Origin: Eledone cirrhosa
Lineage: Eukaryota
Reading direction: 5' to 3'
DNA: 64,000 bases
Assembly: GCA_964016885.1 (NCBI GenBank)
Contig: OZ024741.1
Span: 19,716,001-19,780,000, forward strand
The notes under the pieces are model-generated. The model did not search any database. It had not been told where the DNA came from and saw only the letters and a program-made list of their open reading frames with translations. This document shows positions 29,767-44,659 of the stretch, piece after piece; within the stretch, counting starts at the first letter, position 1, and the number at the start of each line of letters is the position of its first letter. Made by a program: the position numbers and the translations under genes.

Positions 29767-30515
29767 ATTGAATTATTTTCCCATATCTTACGTTAATTAT
29801 TTTCCATCTTGACGTTATAGTCACTTATATATTATGAAATACTGTTGGCTTCTTGCTCACATTAATTTCTCTATTTTCATTTATATATATACTCGGAATT
29901 TTTCCTAGAGTGCTTAAAATTATTTGTGACTAATCCCGGTCTTTTTTTTTAAAAACCGCGATAATATTGCTATTTTGCTGAACTCCTTACATTTTGTAGA
30001 GTTTTTTCGGAATGTTTTTGACTGCTGTTTCTTGTAAATAGACATTCGTCTCATTCTGACGTCACCAGCCATGTCTCTCCATGTGTGTTTATTTTCATAA
30101 TTCCGCACGAGATGAACTAACCTGCTTTTAAATTCCCTTTTTGGCATATTTTGGCAGTGGAACTTTTGGTTATCGCGTTGAGCTCTACTGAGGAACGACT
30201 CCAAACGTGACTAATCCCACTGAAAGGTTTCGTAAAATAGTCTTTTTAAGACTATATAGAGCATTTGTAGTTTTTCCAAATTGAAGGATGAGTATTTAAA
30301 CTTTATTTTATTCTGAGTTAAGACTCTATTGGTTTTTCCCCTGGATTTCACAAAATCTGTGGATAAAATCTCTGTCTTGATTTTTTTTTGATTGAGTTTG
30401 AATTATTTTCTCATATCTTACGTTAATTATTTTCCATTTTGACGTTATAGTCATTTATATATTATGAAATATTGTTGGCTTCTTGCTCACATTCATTTCT
30501 ATATTTTCATTTATA
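29767..30515 (+). mobile_element. Mini element with ~120 bp direct terminal repeats (29767-29890 / 30398-30515) and an internal hammerhead
   Basis: Repeat read directly; (TA)n flanks. Confidence 0.7.
30182..30262 (+). ncRNA. Type I hammerhead with G12A lesion (family D)
   Basis: GCUCUA-CUGAGGA-ACGA..UCGU-AAAA-UAGUCUU(UUU)AAGACUA-UA-UAGAGC. Confidence 0.65.
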
Positions 30516-30639
30516 TATATATATATATATATATATACAGGCTGTCCACAAAAAAATGTATACCCACCTTGATTACCTGTAGAGTCAATATTTATTAGAA
30601 TGCACAGCCTTTGTGTATATATTTTGGGGACATTGTAGT

Positions 30640-30920
30640 GGATAGCCAGCTTTCGTTTGCGCATGCGCAGAATTGCGGAGGTCAATTGTTGACCACAGGG
30701 GAACGGGTAGGGGATTCAAGAACACACGCATTGTCCGTTCCCTTGTTGTTTCATTTCGGATTGCCTCGGGAACGTAACCTTATTATATAATAAGCTGTCT
30801 GATGATGTCACGGCACTGGGTACACAGAATCGTGTGGCCACTGTCGTCATTGAAATATGTATCACAGCATTACCAATAAAGGACTTTAACATCTGAAACT
30901 ACTTCGCATTTTCTCTCTCT

Positions 30921-31000
<80 letters not shown>

Positions 31001-31290
31001 ATAAGGAAAAGCGAAGTAGTTTCAGATGTTCAAGTCCTTTAATAATAATGCTGTGATATATATTTCAGTGGCGACACTGGCCACACTGTTCTGTGTGCGA
31101 GTGTCGTGTCATCATCAGACAGCTTGTTACATAATAAGGTTATGTTTCCGAGGCAATCCAAATTGGATCGACATGGGAACGGATGAATTGCGTGTTTTGG
31201 GGTTTTTCATCCGCTCCCTTGTGAGTAACAATTCACCCCCACCGGCCTGCGCAAGCGCATGTCCGAAGGAGGTTGACCATTAGCCACCGC
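30640..31290. mobile_element. Two diverged copies of one Penelope-type tail, tail-to-tail across (TA)n; hammerheads at 30794-30868 (+) and 31050-31123 (-) (family E)
   Basis: GCUGU-CUGAUGA..GAAA-U..A-UC-ACAGC in both copies; arms homologous but diverged. Confidence 0.7.
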
Positions 31291-32666
31291 AGATTTCAAC
31301 GAAATGTGCTTAGTCAGTTCACCCTGTCAGCCAAAACAATGGCCCACCAATGCCTGTACCATATTTTACTGCTACCCATCACGGCTGTGGTAGTCAGCCG
31401 AGAGCCAGAGGGGATGGGAGAGTGTTAGTTTTTACAGGTCATAATACTACCCCTCACTAAGCGTTGACGGTACGACTGACCATCACCTTATGAGGAAAAA
31501 TAAACTTATTCTAGGTATCATGGTTTTACGTTGGAAGTTAAGAGTGAGAGTTGCAAATAAAAATTAAAATCCTAAATCAAATATCAGAAATTATAAATTA
31601 AACAATTAAGAAATTAACAATTAGAAATTAAAGAATTAAAAAAAAGAATAAAAAAAATTCTTTTCAGGTGATAATTCGATTTGAGGTGAGTAAAAATATA
31701 GACTGAAGTGAGTAAATAATATGGAGAGAGGTGTTTAAGTAATATGTTCTGAGAGGGATTCTAGTGTCACAGTTACTCTATCCACATATTGAACGACGGT
31801 GTCGTACATTATAACTACAGGGCTCCAGGCATTAGTGAATCTGGTACACAGTCCTAATTTCCATCACATGGAACAAAATCAAAGAAAAACAGACATAAAG
31901 TACACAAAAGAAAAGAACAGAACCAATAGTGAATAAATGCAAAAACACAGAGTACATATATGCAAAATGATCCATATGATTGTCCATCTGTCCATGTATA
32001 GATTGAATTGAGGGGGCCTCTGTTCAAATGCGATTTGGTGCAGGAAAATAGGGGTTTATCCTATTATTTGTTTCCGCGTATTTATCCTGCCGAAAGTTAC
32101 TATTATGTCCGTCCAGTGTAAGAGGTTTCCCATGGTAGAGGGAATTTCCGGGGTAGCTTATGGTTGGTTCCTCTCTTCTCCACCATATAGGTTACATCGT
32201 AAAGCGCTCAACTAATTGGAGCTAAATTATATATACATATATATATGTATCCACACGCTTACAAACGTACAAACAAACACACACACACACATTTGAATAC
32301 ATATATATACATTATCATCATTATTGTTTTTATGTTATGCTATTGGTGTTTTTGTTGTTGTTATTGTTTGTGTTGTTGTTATTGCTTGTGTTGTTGTTGT
32401 TAATGTTCCCATCAGAAATATAATGCGTCATATCATTTCAGAAACAAATCAATTGTTTTTTTCAAGCTATAATCTTGTGATATGTATTCGATCAACACTA
32501 CCAGATATATATGTTTGGGCGCAGTGCCAGATTCCTCTCGTAACATAACATTTGCTACAGACGCCGCCACTTCAAGGACCCTATACTAACTACTTTATCT
32601 TTATGTCACATTTGTTTTTAATTTAGGGTCTCTTTAGGACCCAATCTGCCATTATTTAGTCTCATA

Positions 32667-32820
32667 GGGTGGTGGATTGGCAGTATCGACCTTTTATGGT
32701 CTGAGTTCAAATCCCGCCGAGGTTAACTTTGCCTTTCATCCTTACGGGGTCGATAAAATAAAGTACCTGTAATGCACTGGGATAATTTCTGGCCTTGTAC
32801 CAAAAGTAGAAACAATTATT
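32667..32820 (+). mobile_element. tRNA-derived SINE with Meta/Sauria-like core; also ~36672-37085, 37505-38012, 46455-46835, 51136-51352, 51514-51710, 62148-62330 and 63270-63465 (-)
   Basis: tggcagtatcgg A-box, gagttcaaatccc B-box, gcctttcatccttacggggtcgataaaataaagtacc core, (ATT)n tail. Confidence 0.85.
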
Positions 32821-32978
32821 TATGGTACAGGAATATGCATGCATGAATAGTCCCGTAAAACCTGTAGGAGTTGTAGGGGCATCGTATTGACATACAACAT
32901 TTCTTTGGCATTTTAAAAACTGGCGGAACCCATCTCCTCTCATGGCCTGAATACAGCAGATTTCTTCCAGAGGAGGAT

Positions 32979-33079
<101 letters not shown>

Positions 33080-33399
33080 AATATAGCCGAAGAATCGACC
33101 CCCAGAACTAGATTGGTACACATTTTATCGACTTTGAATGGATTAACGGTAAAGTTGACCACGGCGACATTTAAAGTCAGAGATCAGAAACGTAGAAAGT
33201 ATTCTATCCGACGTTCTAATGATTCTACCAATTTATATTGTTTAATTTGTGTAGTAAATGTTTTATATTTAATAGCCCTTGCCCTTTCCCTTCTTTTCTT
33301 TACATTTATGGTATTTATATTCCTCTCTTCTACTTTCCTATAAAGCCAGATCTGCCCCTCTTCACCCTCTGCTCTCAATTTTTACTTAATTTTGTTTGT

Positions 33400-35160
33400 T
33401 AACAGATAACAAAATATTTCCATCATTGTATAACTTCTGTAAAAAATAGTTGACGTAATATATTTATATATAACAGATAACAAAATATTTCCATCATTGT
33501 ATAACTTCTGTAAAAAATAGTTGACGTAATATATTTATATATAACAGATAACAAAATATTTCCATCATTGTATAACTTCTGTAAAATATAGTTGACATAA
33601 TATATTTATATATAACAGATAACAAAATATTTCCATCATTGTATAACTTCTGTAAAATATAGTTCACGTAATATATTTATATATAACAGATAACAAAATA
33701 TTTCCATCATTGTATAACATCTGTAAAATATAATTGACATAATATATTTATATATAACAGATAACAAAATATTTCCATCATTGTATAACTTCTGTAATAT
33801 ATAGTTGACATAATATATTTATATATAACCGATAACAAAATATTTCCATCATTGTATAACTTCTGTAAAATATAGTTGACATAATATATTTATATATAAC
33901 AGATAACAAAATATTTCCATCATTGTATAACATCTATAAAATATAGTTGACATAATATATTTATATATAAGAGATAACAAAATATTTCCATCATTGTATA
34001 ACATCTATAAAATATAGTTGACATAATATATTTATATATAACAGATAACAAAATATTTCCATCATTGTATAACATCTATAAAATATAGTTGACATAATAT
34101 ATTTATATATAACAGATAACAAAATATTTCCATCATTGTATAACATCTATAAAATATAGTTGACATAATATATTTATATATAACAGATAACAAAATATTT
34201 CCATCATTGTATAACATCTATAAAATATAGTTGACATAATATATTTATATATAACAGATAACAAAATATTTCCATCATTGTATAACATCTATAAAATATA
34301 GTTGACATAATATATTTATATATAACAGATAACAAAATATTTCCATCATTGTATAACATCTATAAAATATAGTTGACATAATATATTTATATATAACAGA
34401 TAACAAAATATTTCCATCATTGTATAACATCTATAAAATATAGTTGACATAATATATTTATATATAACAGATAACAAAATATTTCCATCATTGTATAACT
34501 TCTGTAAAATATAGTTGACATAATATATTTATATATAACAGATAACAAAATATTTCCATCATTGTATAACTTCTGAAAAATATAGTTGACATAATATATT
34601 TATATATAAGAGATAACAAAATATTTCCATCATTGTATAACTTCTGTAAAATATAGTTGACATAATATATTTATATATAACAGATAACAAAATATTTCCA
34701 TCATTGTATAACTTCTGTAAAATATAGTTGACGTAATATATTTATATATAACAGATAAAATATTTCCATCATTGTATAACATCTGTAAATTATAGTTGAC
34801 ATAATATATTTATATATAACAGATAACAAAATATTTCCATCATTGTATAACTTCTGTAAAATATAGTTGACATAATATATTTATATATAACAGATAAAAT
34901 ATTTCCATCATTGTATAACATCTGTAAAATATAGTTGACATAATATATTTATATATAACAGATAACAAAATATTTCGATCATTGTATAACATCTGTAAAA
35001 TATAGTTGACATAATATATTTATATATAACAGATAACAAAATATTTCCATCATTGTATAACATCTATAAAATATAGTTGACATAATATATTTATATATAA
35101 CAGATAACAAAATATTTCGATCATTGTATAACTTCTGTAAAATATAGTTGACGTAATAAA
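33400..35160. repeat. AT-rich 71-bp satellite, ~25 copies
   Basis: Unit aacagataacaaaatatttccatcattgtataac(t/a)tct(g/a)taaaatatagttgacataatatatttatatat; starts at 33401, 33472, 33543. Confidence 0.95.
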
Positions 35161-35289
35161 ACTGAAACAAAAAAATCTTTAAAGAAATTAACACTTAGCA
35201 GTTTACATTATAGCTAATTACTATTCATGTTTTGGGGTCTTTTGAGAAACCTGGACCAACCACGTCTATGCAATGTTACTTTAAAGTCA

Positions 35290-35881
<592 letters not shown>

Positions 35882-38039
35882 TATTACAGAAACGGAGATA
35901 ATGATGTCAATACAACTAATAAATCTGTTATACGTGCTATTTTAATAAATGTAATTAGCAGAGACTATTTCATGTAAACCATAACGCAAGTGTCCGGCTT
36001 GTTTGGACATCCATGCCTAACATTTGAACTCTTTCTTGCTTTTTAGACATCGCATATATATACATTCCATATATTATACATATAAAAAAAAAGAGAGTGT
36101 GTTAGATAGATAGATGGATAGATATACATACCGATATGTGTTTCTTCTAAGATGGCTTACGAGCAAGCAATTAAACAATATATCCACTTGTAAATTTAGA
36201 TCTAACTTTCCAAGCTCTTCTATTCTTTATCTCAACCTCTAAGGCTCCGATGACAGTTTCTTTTTTCCCAGTACTTGAAGATTTCCTTCTTCAAGTCAGT
36301 ATAAAATATATTTATTTCTCCTTGTATTTCTAAACTCTGGTATCAAGTGGACATGTATATTACCAGGCACACTTTCGTCTCCCTATCATCGACTATACCA
36401 GTTACATATAGATTACAGATCAGCTTATTGTTATTTCTGTAAGGTAGCTATGTCTATCCATATTGGTAATATGTCGACTTCTCTAAAAGAGTGCAGGTGT
36501 ACTATTCCATTCGTTACAAATAGATATATGATAGGGACATTCCCTATCTGCCACAATCTTTATAATACAACAAATAGTTCTGAGTAATTCCTTAGATTTT
36601 CACCAAACATCTGCAGAACGTCACAGAAATGACGAATTGCCATGTCGATAATAAGATTGTTATTATTATTGAAGGGCAGTGGATTGGCAGTATCGGTAGA
36701 GAGTCGGACGCCATGCTTTGCAGCAAAGAGTTACGGTCCTTTATAGTCTGAGTTCAAATGCCGCCGAGAATAACTTTGCCTTTCATCCTTACGGAGTCGA
36801 TAAAATAAAGTACCAGTAATGTACTGGGATAATTGCTGGCCTTGTGCCAAAAGTAGAAACAATTATTATTGAAGGCGGCGAGTTGGCAAGTTGTGGTAAA
36901 GTGTCAGAATCGGTAGAGCGTCGGGAATAATATGATGGGTAGTATATAATTACACCTTTTTAAGTTCTGAGTTCAAATCCCGGTCATATCAACTTTGTTT
37001 TTCATCATTCCGAGGTCGGTAAAAGAAATCACCAATCAACTAATGGCGTCGTTATAATTGACTTCACCCACCCCCAAAATTGTTAGAAGTCAACTTACTT
37101 TTCACCCTCTATTCTTCCCCCTCTCTTTCATCCTTGACCTAATAGTCCTTGCTTTTCCCCACTTTTCCTCTCGTTTATGGCATTTATAGTCCTTTCCTCT
37201 ACTTTCCTATACAACCCGGTCTGCCTTTCTTTACATCTTCCACCATGATCGACTTTTTTTCCTCATCAAATTGCTGGCCTTGTGCCTAATTTTCAATCTA
37301 TTATTAAGGATGAAAGTAGCGAAACCCATAAACGTGAACGAATATACACGCAGTGTGTACCAGAGAGAACGTAGCTCTGTGGGATTACTCGAGTGACGCT
37401 AGGTAGAAGCTGGTGGATTAGTAGAATCCTTGAGAATTCATGTAAGATCCTTGAAATTCTGATTTCAAATATTGCAGAGGTTAACTTGCAGAGGTTAATA
37501 TACCAGTAATGCATTGAAGTAGATTTAATCGACTTTTCCCGCCCCCCAAATTGCTGGACTTGTGCTTAAATCAGAAAACATTATTTAGGGTGGTGGAATA
37601 GCATCATAGTTAGAACGTCGGACAACATGCTTGATGGCATAAAGTTATGTCCCTTTACGTTCTGAGTTGAAATCCCACCGAGGTTAACTTTGACTTTCAT
37701 CCTTATGGGATAGATAAAATAAAGTACCAGTAATGCACTGGGGTCGATTTATTCGACTTTTCCCTCCCCCAAAATTGTTGGCCTTGTGTCTAAATCAGAA
37801 ACCGTTATAATTTTTAGTAGGGCGGTGGATTGGCAGTATCTGTAGAGGGTCAGACACCATGCTTTGCAGCATAGAGTTATGGCCCTTTACGGTCTGAGTT
37901 CAAATCTCACCGAGGTTAACTTTGCCTTTCATCCTTAAGGGTTGATAAAATAAAGTACTAGTAATATACTGGTAAATTGCTGGCCTTATGCCAAAAGTAG
38001 AAACAATTATTAGTTGTGTATGTGAGGCCGGGTAGCAGC

Positions 38040-38085
<46 letters not shown>

Positions 38086-38179
38086 ATGGTGGTTGTGGTG
38101 GTAGTAGTTGTAGCAGGAGCACTAGTAGTAGTAGTAGTAGCATAAGTAGTAGTATAGTAGTAGTTGTGGTGGTCGTAAC

Positions 38180-38241
<62 letters not shown>

Positions 38242-38511
38242 CTGTGAAAAAAAGTGATATTTCGGTCAACAAAGTTTCGACATATCACGCTATTCTACAA
38301 TTAAATCTGTAGTTACTAAAAGATCACTGATCTCACTTTTAAAACCGTGTTATGTACGCCAGACAATATATATAACTCCCCCAACTCCCCCTCTCTCTCT
38401 TTCCACACACACACACACACTCATTAACACATACACACACACATTCATTCTTTCTCTCTATGTGTGTGTATATATATATATATATATACATATATACATA
38501 TATATATATAT

Positions 38512-39335
38512 ATATGAAAGACGTAAAATAAGAAAATTTTAAAAATTAAAAATCAACTTACTTACTAAAATTTTCACTCCAACTAATTAGTTTCTGTAAG
38601 GGGATAAATATAGTTACGTAATATAACTATAGTTGGAGTGAAAATTTTAGTAAGTAAGTTGATTTTTAATTTTTAAAATTTTCTTATTTTACGTCTTTCA
38701 TATAATTGTTCTGCATCCCCCTGCATAGAATCACAAAGGTACTAAGACATAACATATATATTTGCTAGCATGGGTGTACATCTGTACACATATGTTGGTA
38801 GATGTACTAATTCTCTATATTTATCTCCAAATTATTTGTTGAGCAAAACTTGCCAAAATTTACTGCTGATTCATGGTAGTAGTAGGCTCTTGTCATAATA
38901 CCACCCCGCTCCTAACTGATTAACCTCAGTGTCACGTGATTGATTCTTTAGAATCTGCCACTGACCAGAGGCAGTGAATTTTTTCAGTGCTCTGGAATTT
39001 AGTCCTTGCTAGCTTTATTCCATCCACTGAATTATTATTTTTATATGGGTTCCTAGTGTCCGCGCATCCCCTGGGAACTTAGCTGAGAATAGACTCCCTG
39101 ATGACGTAAGGAATTCTCTATAGTTATATTACGTAACTATATTTATCCCCTTATAGAAACTAATTAGTTGGAGTGAAAATTTTAGTAAGTTGATTTTTAA
39201 TTTTTAAAATTTTCTTATTTTACGTCTTTCATATAATTGTTCTGCAAAGTACCACAAAGGTACTAAGACATAACATATATATTTGCTAGCATGGGTGTAC
39301 ATCTGTACACATATGTTGGTAGATGTACTAATTCT
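38512..39335 (+). mobile_element. Mini element: direct repeats (~38630-38810 / 39166-39335) plus 5' inverted segment; homolog at 56130-56725 (-)
   Basis: Repeats read directly; (TA)n flanks. Confidence 0.8.
39093..39174 (+). ncRNA. Type I hammerhead (family F); homolog 56183-56254 (-)
   Basis: ACUCC-CUGAUGA-CG-UAAGG..CCUUA-UA-GAAA-CUA(AU)UAG-UU-GGAGU. Confidence 0.7.
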
Positions 39336-39347
39336 ATATATATATAT

Positions 39348-39900
39348 ATATCATAAAGTATGTCCATAGAATCATTTGATAAAATATATACACCATTTTT
39401 TAATCTATTTCTGGCGGGGATCGCTTTGGAAAATTACCTGTCCTATGAGTTTGTCTCCTGATGAGTTCGAAACTCGAGATTTTATCCTTAATAGGATATC
39501 TCAAAACGCGAACGAAACCCCAGGGTAGGGACATAATCATGGTAAGAGTGTACGCATTTCTTCTAACTTTAAATTTATACCTAATTGTGTATGGTTGACG
39601 GTATATTTAGTCGATTTCTACATGCTGTTGAAATGTTGGGTAAATATTCTATTGCGGTCGGCCGCGAAAAGGCTCCTGTCGTTTATTTATCAAATATTTC
39701 TTCATAGGAGCCTTTATTCTTATAGCCTGGTCTAATTGATTTTTTTTATGTGGTTAATTATGCTAATTGGGAGAGGAAATGGTGTATATATATTATCAAA
39801 TGATTCTATGGACATACTTTATGATATATTGCTCTGATTATTTAATTTATTAATTCTTCATTGAGCCACATCGTGAATAGTTGCCACATATATATCTGTG
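39348..39900 (+). mobile_element. Mini element with ~50 bp inverted segments (39348-39398 / 39777-39828); homologs 42550-43080 (-) and 61500-61920 (-)
   Basis: Colinear sequence similarity read by eye. Confidence 0.7.
39452..39533 (+). ncRNA. Canonical type I hammerhead with extended stem II (family G)
   Basis: UGUCUC-CUGAUGA-GUUCG..CGAAC-GAAA-CCC(CA)GGG-UA-GGGACA. Confidence 0.85.
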
Positions 39901-39928
39901 ACTTTGTTTAGTTTGTGTATATGTAAAT

Positions 39929-39982
<54 letters not shown>

Positions 39983-40221
39983 CTATATATCATATTTAAT
40001 ATAGAAATGGCCTCTATAGGACTAGAACTATTTTATTCAAAAGGAAAGCTTTCCTGGTGATTTCTTTTGAATGAAACATTTCTAGTCCTGTAGAAGCCAT
40101 TTCTATATTAAACTTGATGTTTACACTCTACTAATGTATTGAGTACCTTACTAACTGTGGTTTCCCCCGATTGAACTCGGGATTCACGCCCACGCACGCA
40201 CGCCCCCACGCCCCCCCCCCC

Positions 40222-40272
<51 letters not shown>

Positions 40273-41326
40273 TACCCAAATTACCCGCGCCTTGCTGCGT
40301 TTCACACATTTTTTTTTTGTAAGAAAATGATGATTGATTTTAAATCAGTGATATAATTTATGGAGAAAAACTCTGCATTTCAATCTTACTCAATGTAAAA
40401 TGTAATGCATGAAAAATTGGAAAACATTATTTTTTGTAATATATCAAATCAAAATTACATTATTAAATCTTATTCTTATTTTGTTTCTTGTAAATATTTT
40501 TTTTTAAATATCAATTCAAAACTTTTGTGAATAGGCATCATATCTTGTCATTTACCTATGGTTTAAATATCATATAAATCGAAGGGAAAAAACTTTCAGT
40601 GGGGTTTTCTGCCCCCGGGGAACCCTTTGATTAAAATGAAATATACTTATCCAAGTACCCTGGGCAATGTAGTTTCAGAATATATATGGTTCAGAATATA
40701 TATGGTTATCCAGAAAATTAGGATGTTTCACCTCGAAATATTTTTGGAGGTCTGGTGTACAAGCGCAAACGCACGTGGTTTTCCATAATATTACGGCTCC
40801 TTTTGTTGAGCTAAATTTTAATCCCGTATAAACGGCTGTTATTTCTAGCACCATGAATATGGGGATAGCTAATGAGCTGGAAAACCACGTGCGTTTGCGC
40901 TTGTACACCAGACCTCCAAAAATATTTCGAGGTGAAACATCCTAATTTTCTGGATACCTGTTGATGAACACAGAAAATGGAATCTTTCACTTTTTTATAC
41001 TATCGCTGTGAAACTTATTTGGGTTTTGAAATTCAAATTTGTCTGCGGAACAGGTTTGGATTTTGAGATTTAAATTTGTCCAGGTATCACGGTTATTACC
41101 AATATGGGTTTGTTTTTATTGATTTATTATTTTAAATCGAGACAGGCAAACTATATTTATTTGAATTAGTTTATTTCATTCTAGCTAACTTACTCATTTA
41201 CAATACAAACACTTATGTGTTTATCATATATTAATTTATATTACTTGTATTTCACGGCTCAGAAATGCTTCTTTCTTTGAGCTAATTAATTGTAAAGGAC
41301 TGCTTGAGTTTATAACTCTAAATATA

Positions 41327-41413
<87 letters not shown>

Positions 41414-42193
41414 ATGGAACGAAGATCGCTGATATTAAGTCAACGGTCTCCGGCCATTGTCTAGCTCACTCATTGAATCTGCCGAATTGCAGTAATACAA
41501 ATGCAACCAGCTGTTCAGAGTGCACACATTTTAGATAATCGCAGTTACGGTGGCTGTGTTTTGGTAGAGATAAAAGTAAAAATCTCGACTCCTATACGAT
41601 ATTGTTTCTGTGCAACATAACTTCACAAATGCAGATATTAAATGTTCAGATATTTACGTAACCGGGCAATTTCATTTCTTCAGCAGGCAGCCCCAGTCAC
41701 TAGATCAGTCTATACATTGTGTGTGGTAGCCATTACCACTGTATAGGGTATCCAGTAGTTCTTGCTAGTCTCACACTCTGCCTCTAATGAGAAGCAGAGG
41801 AGGGCTTCTGTAGCATACAAAAACATGTAATTTCGTGGTTGAATTCAAACAAAGGAATTCGCACCCAAAGAAGAACTCAACCATTTTATTGTATATATGC
41901 ATATATACATAGCGAGGTATATACATATATACATATATAGATATACACAATAATAAAATGGTTGATTTGTGATACAAGTCAAACAATCAATACTCAATAT
42001 TTAATATTAGGCAACACAAACAAGAAATATTGAAAAGTCTAACATTATCCAGGCGAGTCAAATCAGTGCAGCTGGGATTATAATATAAAAGTAACGAAGA
42101 TCGCTGTATAACTCAACGGTCTCCGGCCAACTTCTAGATCACTGAGTGAATCTGCCGAATTGCAGTAATATAACTGTAACCAGCTGTTCAGAG

Positions 42194-42317
<124 letters not shown>

Positions 42318-42413
42318 ATAGGAAAAGAGTCATGACCCCGACGGCTGAGCTCTGACCGTTTCGACAGCTAGATCGGAACTCATATATATATGTTTATATA
42401 GCTAGATCCTAAC

Positions 42414-42452
<39 letters not shown>

Positions 42453-43076
42453 ACGCTCTGAACAGCTGGTTTCAGTTGTATTACTACAATTCGGCAGATT
42501 CACTCAGTGATTTAGACGTTGGCCGGAGACCGTTGAGTTATATATAAGCATACCAAAATTATGTCTCTACCCATGAGATTTCATTCGCTTTTTGGAAATT
42601 TCTGATCAAAGATAAATTCACAAGTTTCGAAATCATCAAGAAACAATTGGACAAAGATTTTTCTTAAGTGATCCCTGCCAGAAACGAATTCAAAATGGCT
42701 AAGAACTGTGACGTGGCTAGTGGTCAAGTCAGAAAGTTTGTGATTGGTGCATTACGGCGAGTGGGCTGGACGTACTTTCTTGTATATTGCTCTGATTGTT
42801 GATTATTTAATTAATTAATTCGTCATTGAGCCACACCGTGAAAGTTTGCCAAAAACATATATATATATATGGCTCTGTCTAGTTTATGTATATGTAAATC
42901 TATATATTTTATAATTTCCCATATGGTTGAGAAACAATTAAGGCAGTATTCGGCTGCTCTTTCTAGTAACCAGCCCACTCGCTGTAAGGCACCAATCACA
43001 AACTTTCTGACTTGACCACTAGCCACGTCACAGTTCTTTGCCATGGCTCTGTCTAGTTTATGTATATGTAAATCTA

Positions 43077-43119
<43 letters not shown>

Positions 43120-43231
43120 ATATAGAAAGGCTTCTATATTAAATGTTTATTCTCTGCTTTCTTTTGAGTACCTTACTTACTGTGGTTACCCCCGATTGAA
43201 CCCAGGATAAACTTATATATATATATGTCCA

Positions 43232-43600
43232 GATAACCTCAGTCTCCTCTGTGCTACTCTCGGGCTGACTTTTGGGAGGCTCCCGTACAGCTCTGAGTTC
43301 TTCATCCTCAGTGTATACTGATTAATGTTCAGAGCCATCCTCAGCGTTCTCGTGAAACACCCATCCACCATATGAGTAAGTTTCTTGGTCAGTGTCCAAG
43401 TCTCAAGCCCGTACAGCAGCACAGACTCCACTATAGCAACAAAGAGACTGATCCAAGAGGAAGACCAAGGTTAATATATGTTGATGTCCTAAAGACAGAT
43501 ACTGGTCTCTTGGAGACGCTGGACATGGCAGCGATAATGAGGGACAGAGACCACTAGAGAGAACTCGCCCAGGGATCTCGAGAATTTTACCCGCCCTATA
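43232..43600. pseudogene. RTE-group fragment with 5' inversion, same family as 2465-3155
   Basis: Minus strand: ESVLLYGLETWTL..RRLRLSGH; plus strand: RGRPRLIYVDVLKTDTG and the same 3' end. Confidence 0.8.
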
Positions 43601-43654
43601 TATATATATATATATATATGAGGGTGTTTTTGCTTGAAGCATTATGAAATGTGT

Positions 43655-44120
<466 letters not shown>

Positions 44121-44311
44121 ATCGGGGATAACCACAGTCAGTAAGGTACTCAATACATTAGTAGAACGTAAACATCATTTTTTATATAGAAATGGCTTCT
44201 ACAGGACTGTTTCATTCGAAAGATATTATCAGGCTTTCCTGATGATTTCTTTTGAATAAAACAATTCTAGTCTTGTAGAAGCCATTTCTATATTAAACTT
44301 TGTATATATAA

Positions 44312-44481
<170 letters not shown>

Positions 44482-44592
44482 ATGTGTTGTAGTTTGTTTG
44501 AAGCATTGTGGAATAAGAAATACAAATATAACTAGGAAATAAGTTTAATTATTTGGAAGCCTAACAATTCGTGTGAGATTACAAGTGCCAAG

Positions 44593-44659
<67 letters not shown>

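Noticed and set aside
36200-36640. Possible exon on the minus strand
   Set aside because: Contains stops; faint YIFYTDLKK suggests a very decayed LINE RT, too weak to call
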